From: a virus
DNA: 64,000 bases
Strand: one strand, 5' to 3'
IMG/VR virus record: IMGVR_UViG_3300031999_001882
Coordinates: 64,001 to 128,000 of that record
Shown piece after piece: positions 10,392 to 18,880 of the stretch (position 1 is its first letter; every line of letters starts with the position of its first letter). A program made the translations under genes and the position numbers. Under the pieces are notes generated by a model. That model was not told where the DNA came from. It searched no databases and was given only the letters and a program-made list of their open reading frames with translations.

Positions 10392-12415
10392 TATTGTCGT
10401 CCCTTGACCTTCTGGCTTTTCAAAGCTTTGCTCAGTTCTTCGGCTGTGCGCCGGACTAACCCATCGGTGTCATCCCCGGTCAGCCCGATTTGGATATTGA
10501 TGGTTCCCGGCGTTCCGCCGCCACCCATTGCTGTTCCGGTGGACTTCCCGCCAGAGAACGAAGAAGGCACTTCGCCGCGAGCCTGCGTCCTCATATTGGT
10601 GGCGGCCATTGCCGACACAGGCGGCGCAAACTCTACGCCTTTGAGCTTGGCTATCGCCTCTTGAGTGACATAATTCTGGGCCTCATCCCGGCGCATTCCT
10701 TGAGCCATCAAACCAACAACTTCCTCTTGCCGATGCTGTTTGCCTATCTTCATCTGAGCATCTGCCTCGGCTCGCTCGCGCCCGCGCAGGCCCACGACAG
10801 GCATTTTCAGGCCCTTGGTCTTTTCCAACATCCGATCCCCTTCTTGGCCGACCGATGCCGGGAGTTCAAACGTCACCTTAAAAGCATCAGCTTGAATCGT
10901 TTTCAAAATTGCGTCGGCAAGCGGCATGATCGAAGTTCCAATACCTCTGGCAACTCCAATCAAGTCCTCCATCTGCTTGGCCGAGTCTGGCGGCGCATTG
11001 GCTCTTATCTCATCCTGAATCACCTTCAAATCTGGAATTCCGCCAAGAACTTTCTCCATCGTATTGTTGGATAGACCCTGCAAGCCTTTGAGCGCCGGGA
11101 ACTCCTGCGATACCAGCCGCATGGCCCCCATCTTCTCGTTCGGGGTGGCTCCCGGCCCGGCGACTTGCTCGGCCAGCGCCTTCATGGTTTTCACTTGAAT
11201 ATCGAGCATCTGGGCTTCCTTATCACGCCCGCCGATCATGCCAATGGCTCCAAGCGGGCTTATTCCTGCCGGAGCGCCTGTTTTGACCCCCATTTGAGTT
11301 GCCAGAGCGATAATTCCAGCCTGTCGGCCAAAGTCTGCCTGCCGCATGGCCGTCGCCATCTGAGCGAATTGCTGGATGGATAGCTGGCCTTCGTTCAGCT
11401 CTTTACCGAACTTTTTGACCACGGCCTGAGCGAAAGTGATGTCTGAACTATATGTCCGGGTCGCCTGCGAAAGCTCCGTCACCCAACTGGTGTAATTCTG
11501 GGTGGACATCCCGGTTGCCCGCGCCGCCCGGTCAAAGCCAATCAGGGTTGCGGCGGCCCGTTCCGCCGACATTCCGAACTTCTGAATGAGGTTGACCGTG
11601 GCGCTCCGGGCTACTTCCTCGGATACCCCGGCGGCCAAAGCAAAAGCGCTGGCGATCTGGGTTGCCTTCATGCTGAGCAAAGCACCCATTCCCATGAAAT
11701 TCGCGCCGAAAACTTGTGTCATATTGCGTATTTCGGCGGCGGCCTGCTCAGAAGTCTTGCCCATGAGCATGAGGCTTCCGATGGCTTTTCCGGCGGCATA
11801 CTGCATCTCAGCGCCCGGCTGGTACTGCCGAACTCCCATCCCTGCCGCGCCGCCCTGCATCCCGCCGCCAATCCCCATCAGGCCGATGGTGGCTTTCCGG
11901 GTCTGAATATCAATCTGTTCAAGACCCTTTGCGAGATCAAGCGCCACGCCAGCCCAGCCGTACTTCATATTGGCGAACTGTCCAGCCACAGCTTTCCCAA
12001 GATCGTTTATTCCGATAATTCCGCCGTGCATCTTCTGTTGAAGATCGCGGAAGCTCAGACCAAGGATATTTAGCTCGCCGCCAACGCTCTTGAGGCTGTC
12101 TTGAAAAACAGCCGTTGCCTTGCGAATCTGCTCACCGCTCAAGCTCGTCTTGCCAAGCTCTTTCTGAAAATCCGCAATAGCTCCCTTAGCATCCGAAGCA
12201 CTTTTGGCTTGCTCGCGGTATTTGAAAATAAGCTCTTTAACTTTTTCGCCAGCTTTTTCGGTTCCATCACCAATGTTATCAAGCGACTTAAAGAACTCAC
12301 CCAGATCACGCGTAGTACGACCTGTTTGACGCGAAATGGCTTCAATGCTTTTCGTCAGCGCGATCAGCGCTGTCGCGGCATCTATTATTTGCTTGTTTGG
12401 ATCAGGCTCAACCAT
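10391..12415 (-). CDS. Tape measure protein (short, 674 aa)
   Basis: Ala/Gly/Met-rich helical protein directly after the frameshifting chaperone pair. Confidence 0.8.
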   Translation of the reverse strand: MVEPDPNKQIIDAATALIALTKSIEAISRQTGRTTRDLGEFFKSLDNIGDGTEKAGEKVKELIFKYREQAKSASDAKGAIADFQKELGKTSLSGEQIRKATAVFQDSLKSVGGELNILGLSFRDLQQKMHGGIIGINDLGKAVAGQFANMKYGWAGVALDLAKGLEQIDIQTRKATIGLMGIGGGMQGGAAGMGVRQYQPGAEMQYAAGKAIGSLMLMGKTSEQAAAEIRNMTQVFGANFMGMGALLSMKATQIASAFALAAGVSEEVARSATVNLIQKFGMSAERAAATLIGFDRAARATGMSTQNYTSWVTELSQATRTYSSDITFAQAVVKKFGKELNEGQLSIQQFAQMATAMRQADFGRQAGIIALATQMGVKTGAPAGISPLGAIGMIGGRDKEAQMLDIQVKTMKALAEQVAGPGATPNEKMGAMRLVSQEFPALKGLQGLSNNTMEKVLGGIPDLKVIQDEIRANAPPDSAKQMEDLIGVARGIGTSIMPLADAILKTIQADAFKVTFELPASVGQEGDRMLEKTKGLKMPVVGLRGRERAEADAQMKIGKQHRQEEVVGLMAQGMRRDEAQNYVTQEAIAKLKGVEFAPPVSAMAATNMRTQARGEVPSSFSGGKSTGTAMGGGGTPGTINIQIGLTGDDTDGLVRRTAEELSKALKSQKVKGRQ

Positions 12416-12801
12416 TACTCAATGACCTCCATCTGTCCCTCTTGATCGACCACTTCCGACTCGGAATCATCCTCGTCGTCGAACACAATGCTGTCCATAT
12501 TGATCTTGGTGACATCAATGCCTTGCGACCGCAAAAGGTCCAGATACTCCGCTTTCCTGTCAGCCAAATTTCTCGTTTTGGCTTCTTTTGCTTTTTCTAT
12601 CGACGACCACAGCTCATAGTTGACCCACGGCAACAGACTCTTGACCTTCTTTGACAGCTCCTCCTCGTCGGCGATGAGGTTTGCTTGGGACCAGCCCCAA
12701 TGAATGTCCTCGAAGGTAGCGACTAAGCTACCGGGACTTTCGCCGAGCTTGGTGCAGATTTTCCAAAGGATTCTGCCTGCTGGACCCTTGAGGAGTTTTT
12801 T
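12415..12801 (-). CDS. C-terminal (-1 frame) part of the long tail assembly chaperone (lambda gpGT-like)
   Basis: The -1 frame from the slippery site reads KKLLKGPAGRILWKICTKLG... with no stop into the 12415..12633 ORF. Confidence 0.85.
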   Translation of the reverse strand, partial: KKLLKGPAGRILWKICTKLGESPGSLVATFEDIHWGWSQANLIADEEELSKKVKSLLPWVNYELWSSIEKAKEAKTRNLADRKAEYLDLLRSQGIDVTKINMDSIVFDDEDDSESEVVDQEGQMEVIE

Positions 12802-13178
12802 AGTGAATCAAGCTCCTTAATCCGTTCCGTCACCAGATCGGAGTAGCAGTTGTTAAAAAGATAATCGACGATGCCCCAATCCAGATCGTAGAGAGTTTTC
12901 TCCACGGCCCGGAAAGGGTGCATTGTCGGATCAGCTCTCAACATCTCCCGAACTTCGGGATGGGACTCTAACGGTGACTTATTGACAGACACGATGGACC
13001 TTGCCAGTATTGGCACTTTTGCGGCCTCGGATTGGGCGGCGAGGTCATAGCCAGAGATCGAACGAGCGATCTCAGCCTGTTCTCCTGCGGTTAGCGTTTG
13101 AAGCATCACCGTGCTATCTCCGATCTGATACGCCTTTGTCTTGCGCTGTCCCAACAGCGCGTCTATGAGCTTCTGCAT
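12723..13178 (-). CDS. Tail assembly chaperone (lambda gpG-like)
   Basis: Lies between tube and tape measure; carries the slippery site. Confidence 0.85.
   Translation of the reverse strand: MQKLIDALLGQRKTKAYQIGDSTVMLQTLTAGEQAEIARSISGYDLAAQSEAAKVPILARSIVSVNKSPLESHPEVREMLRADPTMHPFRAVEKTLYDLDWGIVDYLFNNCYSDLVTERIKELDSLKNSSRVQQAESFGKSAPSSAKVPVA
12795..12801 (-). promoter_or_regulatory. Programmed -1 ribosomal frameshift site A_AAA_AAC
   Basis: Minus strand reads CTA AAA AAC, an X_XXY_YYZ heptamer near the end of the chaperone gene. Confidence 0.85.
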
Positions 13179-13232
13179 ATGACCTCCTCAGTCAGTTTCA
13201 GTTTTCTGGGCTATCTAAAACAGCCCTTCTAT

Positions 13233-13763
13233 TTAGAATCCCTGCGAGGCAAGCGCCGGGGTTTCAACTTGGCCGTACACCACGGTCGCTGTTTCAGACT
13301 CACGGATGTCAGCCGTCACGTCGCGGGTCGAACCATAGCGGCTGATCCAAGCGTCTTTATAGACCTTCTGGACCGCTTCAACGGCTGGCGCGGAGACGTT
13401 CGGTGTCCCGTCCTGATTGAACTGCGGCGTGGTGACGATTTCGTGAATCTCGAACGGCTTGTCCATTTCAAAGAGCGTCTGAGTGCCTGTGGCGGCTCCC
13501 AACGCTTCCATGAGATTGGACCGATAAAGCCGAAGTCGCTTGACTTCCAAGCTCTTTTCTCGAACCAGACCGGGAACCATCTCGAATGGCTCTCCGATCC
13601 GCTTCCCAAGCGACTGCCCGATTTCAAACGAGGCGGTTACGTCCCTCGTCTCCGACGGATTGATGCTCTGAATAGCGCCCACATCCACCAACTGTCCCGC
13701 TTGGTTGACAATTCGGATGATGTAGGAGGTCGCTAACTGAATGCGTGTCGATGCTGGTTTCAT
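13233..13763 (-). CDS. Tail tube protein
   Basis: 176 aa directly after the sheath; VGAIQSINPSE.R..FEIG and YKDAWISRY..E.ATV patterns. Confidence 0.85.
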   Translation of the reverse strand: MKPASTRIQLATSYIIRIVNQAGQLVDVGAIQSINPSETRDVTASFEIGQSLGKRIGEPFEMVPGLVREKSLEVKRLRLYRSNLMEALGAATGTQTLFEMDKPFEIHEIVTTPQFNQDGTPNVSAPAVEAVQKVYKDAWISRYGSTRDVTADIRESETATVVYGQVETPALASQGF

Positions 13764-13793
13764 TTGACTTTAATCCTCCTTAGTGCCCGGCGC

Positions 13794-15155
13794 TTAGAGC
13801 GCGGTATTTACGAAAATGCTGAACGATACATTGATGAACCGCAACGGAAACACAGGCGAAACTTCAAACGACACATTCACCTGTCGCGGATCAACGGTGT
13901 CCAACTTGGCCGTGATGTTACGGAACGCTGTGATGATGCTGGAATTCAGGAAGTTGCTCAGAATGGCTTGAGTGCTGGCTTCGATATTTCTCAAGCTTCC
14001 GCCGAGTAACTTGGTCCCGATGTAGCGCGTATCTAGCGTGGAACGAACCTGCTTCCGCAACAAGTCTTTGATTCTCCGAATACTCGGCTCCACCGTCTCA
14101 ATACTGCCTGTGTCGGTGGTGGACGCTTCCTTCACATACACGCCGTTCGTATCCGATTGCAGGATCGTCACGCCGCCACGGAGCATGAACAGCACTTCGC
14201 TCCGAATGTATTTGAAGTTGTTAGCGTCCATACGACTCGGCAAGCGCTTCCGAAGAAGCGGGGTCGCCACGTCATTTGCCGACTCAACTCCGGCCAAGGC
14301 CGCTCCCCCATAAACCGAGGAAAGGACCAACCGTGCGTCGTTGCCTGTACCCACGTCTTTCACCGTGATGCCCATTGAAGGAGGCGCGATTAAATTAACG
14401 CGATCACTCCCGATTTGAGCCGCCAGATTTCCGATGGTGGTCACCGTGTCATTAAGATTCGCCGAAGGAATCCACGCATGACGTTCCTTCTGGTTGAAGT
14501 CGGTGGACATCGACTCGACGTGATTGATGACTTCTTGACGAACCTGCGTATTGGTTGCGCCAACCACGATCAAGGTATCAATGTCCTCGCGTTCAAACTT
14601 CTGGATTGCGTCGATGTAAGAACTCGTTGCTCCATTGATTGCCTGACACGCCATAACAACCGTGCCATCGCCGCCCGCCTCAAATGCCAAGAGAGCCGCC
14701 AACGTAATTTCGCTGACCACTCCATTGCTCAGCTCAGGACCGTAAAGCTGTCGGCAATCGTCGATAGAGAACAGAGTCACCGGATTGAAATAAGCCGGAT
14801 CAACCTTGTTCTTGTTGTAAGAGGCATAATACGTCGCCCCTGTCGTCGGCTGTAAGCCTGATCCAAGCCATTGCACCGTATTATCAACTTGGTTAAAGTC
14901 CGTACCCGCAATGAAGTTGAAATACCCCGGAGCGGCCCCGACTCCAATGATGGACGCAACATCTCCGCTCACCGTATTTGGAAGCGCATCGGCTCCGTTG
15001 GTCAAACCCTTCACCACCTCGACGTTATCTACTTCGATGGTTGAACTCGCCGTCCCAACAATCCCTGTGATGTTAATGACCCCCGGCCCCAAGGCCAAGG
15101 ATGGATTTGCGACTTCTGAAACAACTACACCGGACTCTCTGACGCTGATTGTCAT
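13794..15155 (-). CDS. Tail sheath protein
   Basis: HVESMS..KER and IRRIKD..R segments; C-terminal DPRQVNVSFEVSPVFPLRFINVSF. Confidence 0.92.
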   Translation of the reverse strand: MTISVRESGVVVSEVANPSLALGPGVINITGIVGTASSTIEVDNVEVVKGLTNGADALPNTVSGDVASIIGVGAAPGYFNFIAGTDFNQVDNTVQWLGSGLQPTTGATYYASYNKNKVDPAYFNPVTLFSIDDCRQLYGPELSNGVVSEITLAALLAFEAGGDGTVVMACQAINGATSSYIDAIQKFEREDIDTLIVVGATNTQVRQEVINHVESMSTDFNQKERHAWIPSANLNDTVTTIGNLAAQIGSDRVNLIAPPSMGITVKDVGTGNDARLVLSSVYGGAALAGVESANDVATPLLRKRLPSRMDANNFKYIRSEVLFMLRGGVTILQSDTNGVYVKEASTTDTGSIETVEPSIRRIKDLLRKQVRSTLDTRYIGTKLLGGSLRNIEASTQAILSNFLNSSIITAFRNITAKLDTVDPRQVNVSFEVSPVFPLRFINVSFSIFVNTAL

Positions 15156-15173
15156 GTTATTTGCCTCCTCCTC

Positions 15174-15851
15174 TTAGAAATTCGGGTCTGTGATTCCATC
15201 AATGTTCGTTATCAGACCATTGATGTCTGGTATTTGTATCTTGTCAATCAATTCAGCTTCGGCAATGGACAATGTTTCTTCAAATTCCGTGTAAATATCG
15301 ACGCTCAACTCATGGGTCGAAACGGGATCGTTCCCGATTGTTTCCGTTCCCTCCGCCCCAAGAGAAATGTCGAGTATTTCAATGCCTGCGACCCGAAATT
15401 TCTCAAAAATCCAGAACCGCAACCCGGAGATCGTGCGATCCACGATCCGCTCCACCTTCTTCGGGTTGTAGTCGTAAAATTTCAGGTTGACAGTCAAGTT
15501 CAGAGGCCCGCCGTAGCGTTCCCCCAACACCCCCGTCTGCGTCACTCCGTTGATGAGCACAGGCCCCATGACCTGTTCTTGGAACTCCCTGTTCAGCGAC
15601 CGAAAAAACCCCCGCCCGGACACGACATCCACAATGACGATAGGGTAAATCCTGAACTGCACAGGGAAGTGCTCGTACACCGTGATTCCCGTTATCTTGT
15701 TGTCGGCATTCCATACAAAATTCACGTCCTGCGGGTTGAGCGGCGGCGCTTGCTCTGGGAACTGCGGGTCTGGCATTCCATAGACCTGATAGAACTGCCG
15801 AAGCAGGTCTACAAAGACCAGTCGCGTATACCGCTTAGCTCGCAGAATCAC
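15174..15851 (-). CDS. Putative tail completion/terminator protein
   Basis: Immediately upstream of the sheath; YPIVIVDV segment. Confidence 0.55.
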   Translation of the reverse strand: MILRAKRYTRLVFVDLLRQFYQVYGMPDPQFPEQAPPLNPQDVNFVWNADNKITGITVYEHFPVQFRIYPIVIVDVVSGRGFFRSLNREFQEQVMGPVLINGVTQTGVLGERYGGPLNLTVNLKFYDYNPKKVERIVDRTISGLRFWIFEKFRVAGIEILDISLGAEGTETIGNDPVSTHELSVDIYTEFEETLSIAEAELIDKIQIPDINGLITNIDGITDPNF

Positions 15852-15861
15852 CGTTCACTCC

Positions 15862-16743
15862 TCAACATGGCGCAGGGTACGGCGCAAGAGGCCCCGGCAC
15901 GACCAACTGCGGGTGCACATAGGCTTTGTCCGTCCGCTCCAACTGGTTCATCTCAAAATCTTGGTGCGTAATCAGGTTCCGCCAAAAATACGGCGTGACG
16001 TTGATGATCTCGAAGCGCCGATTCTCTCCGTCAATCACAATATCGTGGTCGTGCAGGCGAGGACTCCACACCGTCCATGACCGGGGAACACGCTTGATCC
16101 GCCAGCCATAGGTCGCCAATTCCTTCATGGCCTGCATATTGTAGTAGCGGATTTTTACCTTCACGGGCATGAAGTACGTCACATCTCCCGGCCCGCGCCC
16201 ATAATCCTCGCTCGTATCGGCGTTGATATCCTTCTGCTTCCTCTTAAAGAGCCAGAATTCGCCGCCATCCTGCTCCAAAAGCCAGATGTTCCTGCGCCTG
16301 ATCTCATCGAAATAATACTGGCTCTGCAAATTTGACGGGTACAAACTGCTCTGCGACTTGAGCGCCGTGATATTGACCGTTGGCGCAGGAGCCGTGAACG
16401 TCATATTGATGTCTCCAAACGGCGATACCCCAAAGGCGCTCGTATTCTCATAGGTCTGCGGCGTTGATGGGGCGCTCTCTCCCATGATGTTCACCGATGT
16501 CACCGAATAATACGGATCGGTGTCTATGATGATCGGCACGCTGGTGTCCACGAAGCCCGTAGACTGAATCAAAGACGTATTGACCCGGACAAAATCGCCG
16601 TAAGGCGTGAAGTTCCGGTACACATTGAATCCGCTCACCCCGTTCAGGTTATCCCAAAGGAGCTGGACCTCGGTTTCGGGGATGTTTACCCCCGTCACCA
16701 GCAGGTTGCGGACCATGATGTTGCCCGGCGGAACACACGCCAT
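15862..16743 (-). CDS. Neck / head-closure protein with N-terminal Fn3-like domain
   Basis: LLWD..GFNVYR...YYSVTSVN..GES Fn3 pattern; C-terminal SWTVWSPRLHDHDIVI...RFEI. Confidence 0.6.
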   Translation of the reverse strand: MACVPPGNIMVRNLLVTGVNIPETEVQLLWDNLNGVSGFNVYRNFTPYGDFVRVNTSLIQSTGFVDTSVPIIIDTDPYYSVTSVNIMGESAPSTPQTYENTSAFGVSPFGDINMTFTAPAPTVNITALKSQSSLYPSNLQSQYYFDEIRRRNIWLLEQDGGEFWLFKRKQKDINADTSEDYGRGPGDVTYFMPVKVKIRYYNMQAMKELATYGWRIKRVPRSWTVWSPRLHDHDIVIDGENRRFEIINVTPYFWRNLITHQDFEMNQLERTDKAYVHPQLVVPGPLAPYPAPC

Positions 16744-17223
16744 CTATATACCTACCTTAACCAATTTTTCGCTCGATGCCAATTCATTCGGACTCGCCAG
16801 AGTTTCCGTCGATGGAGACAAGGGAAACCCAGCCTCTTTGAACGCCGCATCCACCCATGTCGAGCACACCTTATACGACTGCGCGATCTTGAGATAGCCC
16901 AAGAGCATATTCAGGAAGCTGTAATGGTCGTTGATGTTCATGTAGCACCAATAAAGCGCCCTGATTTTGAACTTGTCATCGCACGCTGGCCGGAACACTT
17001 GATATGCCCTTGTGTCATCCACCAGCATCCGAAATCGCGGGCGCGGCCAGACCATTTCTACCACCAGATCAGGCTCCGTCGAGATCATGGCGGCGTGCGT
17101 GTAAATCGGCGATTTCACCGATCCCAGCTCGCCGAACAGCTTTTGAAGCACCGCGAAAAAGTGGTGCTTCCATAACCCGTCATCCGGGTAAAGCAGGATG
17201 TCGCCCGGTTTCAGCTCCATCAT
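16744..17223 (-). CDS. Permuted NlpC/P60 (YiiX/YebB-like) papain-fold enzyme
   Basis: LKPGDILL..YTHAAM (His) precedes KVCSTWV..AF..AG (Cys), then SPNEL. Confidence 0.8.
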   Translation of the reverse strand: MMELKPGDILLYPDDGLWKHHFFAVLQKLFGELGSVKSPIYTHAAMISTEPDLVVEMVWPRPRFRMLVDDTRAYQVFRPACDDKFKIRALYWCYMNINDHYSFLNMLLGYLKIAQSYKVCSTWVDAAFKEAGFPLSPSTETLASPNELASSEKLVKVGI

Positions 17224-17849
17224 TGAAAGAACTCCACCATGACGTTATGCGTTCGCACAGCCGTCTCGCTGACTCCATCCGGGCAAGAGATCGACAACCT
17301 GAGCTTGTAATAGTTCGGGAATGCCATCGACTCATCGCTCAAAAACGGGATCATCATGCCGGATGAAATCGGAACAGCGTCGATCATCTTTGGCATGAGA
17401 ACAGAATCATTGGTCGCCAACAAAACATCGGCTGACAGCATATCGTCAATGTCGGCATCGTTGGTGTAGAGATGCCCGCCACGGAAATAAACTGTCGTCG
17501 GAAACTGAACATCTACAAACGTAAATGTCGCACCCGGCGGCATGGTCATCTGGTAACCCTTCCACTTGTTGTAGGTATTCAAGGGTTGAGGAGACATGGA
17601 GAAGCGCTCTGGCCTGCTCACTCCGGCCTTCACTTCCAATGGCGCGTTGGCTTTGGCTTTATAGTTCGTCTCAAAATCCGTCTGATCGGAGCCGCTATCC
17701 TTGAGAAGAACCGTATGCCACAAAAAGGTCCGAGCCTCTGGCGCATAAATCTGGTAACGGTCGCCCAGATCGCTATACTGGATCAAGAGCGCTTTGCTTG
17801 TGACAAGGCTCTTGAAATCAGCCCAAGTCGCTATATCCATCATGTTCAT
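17220..17849 (-). CDS. Virion structural protein; N-terminal domain paralogous to 17846..18874
   Basis: Shared TW...QY..DRY.IYAPEA.TFLWH..LL.D.G.D.TDFETNYK. Confidence 0.65.
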   Translation of the reverse strand: MNMMDIATWADFKSLVTSKALLIQYSDLGDRYQIYAPEARTFLWHTVLLKDSGSDQTDFETNYKAKANAPLEVKAGVSRPERFSMSPQPLNTYNKWKGYQMTMPPGATFTFVDVQFPTTVYFRGGHLYTNDADIDDMLSADVLLATNDSVLMPKMIDAVPISSGMMIPFLSDESMAFPNYYKLRLSISCPDGVSETAVRTHNVMVEFFQ

Positions 17850-18874
17850 AGCGTCACCTCCCGCCCATTCATTCCGGCTTCAAAATCACCAGCCGACGCT
17901 TGTTTGTTGGTGACGCTTACGACGATACGATGCCCTGCCGGAACAGAAACAGGAACCGGAAATATGTGATTGTATGGCGAGTTTGCGGCGCTGAAAAAAT
18001 GGTCAATTTCAGAACTGTCGCCAAGAGTTAGAGTTCGTAGCGCGTCAAAATGAAATTCTCGGTTAGCCGTTTTAGACACAAAAATGTCAATCTTGGAAAC
18101 CGCCGTTTTGTCGAATGTCGTGATCTCGGAAAGATCAAAATGAAAATCTGTCCAAGCCAACCCCAAAGCTTGTTGAGAAAACGCATAAGTAGTCGCCGCT
18201 TGCGTGACGCGAATCCAAATTTTTGGTCCGTTAGTGAGAGAGCTTGCCTTGGCCCACAAAACAATCTCTGCTTCCGATGCCCAATTCTGCGTCGGGCTGA
18301 CTGTCTTAGTAAGAATGGCTGTTGCTCCACTCCCTCCGGTAGCGTTGATCTTGAGAGAGCCTGTGCCTTCTTTCTTGTCAACCGTGTCAACAGTCAGAGT
18401 TCCCGGCCCGGAGGAAATAGCCCATCCCGTCGCCGAGTCCATTGAATCCCGCATTGTCTCAGTTTGAGTCCCGAAAAGCTCAATCAGCTCGTAATATCCG
18501 CTATTGGTCCCAGACGCATCCCAAGCTGAAATCTCCCATCGCTTTCCGGCTGGAACTTCGAGATCAATCACTCTGGCTGTTTTGTTGGCCGCGATATTCA
18601 CCAAGGCAATCGGAATGTTGTCGCCCAAATCCTTAAAATTCTGGACCCTCGGAATCAGGGCTGAGTTGGCCGTTGGTTTATAGTTCGTCTCAAAATCGGT
18701 TACATCAGGCCCGGCATCTCTGAGCAAAGTAATGTGCCACAAAAACGTCGCCGCTTCTGGGGCATAGATGTCATACCGATCCGGCATCTCTGTATATTGA
18801 ACGGTCAAGACCTTAGAGTTGATGAGATTTGTCAACCCACCCCACGTCGATAATTCCATGTTTTGCATAGTCAA
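17846..18874 (-). CDS. Virion structural protein with carbohydrate-binding-like domain
   Basis: DSATGW...DKKEGTGSLKI...NW...W.K...WTDFHFDL pattern. Confidence 0.6.
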   Translation of the reverse strand: MTMQNMELSTWGGLTNLINSKVLTVQYTEMPDRYDIYAPEAATFLWHITLLRDAGPDVTDFETNYKPTANSALIPRVQNFKDLGDNIPIALVNIAANKTARVIDLEVPAGKRWEISAWDASGTNSGYYELIELFGTQTETMRDSMDSATGWAISSGPGTLTVDTVDKKEGTGSLKINATGGSGATAILTKTVSPTQNWASEAEIVLWAKASSLTNGPKIWIRVTQAATTYAFSQQALGLAWTDFHFDLSEITTFDKTAVSKIDIFVSKTANREFHFDALRTLTLGDSSEIDHFFSAANSPYNHIFPVPVSVPAGHRIVVSVTNKQASAGDFEAGMNGREVTL

Positions 18875-18880
18875 TATCCC

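Noticed and set aside
1-15155. Extracellular contractile injection system or tailocin
   Set aside because: Portal, protease and capsid genes lie in the same co-oriented gene cluster, so this is a phage virion module.
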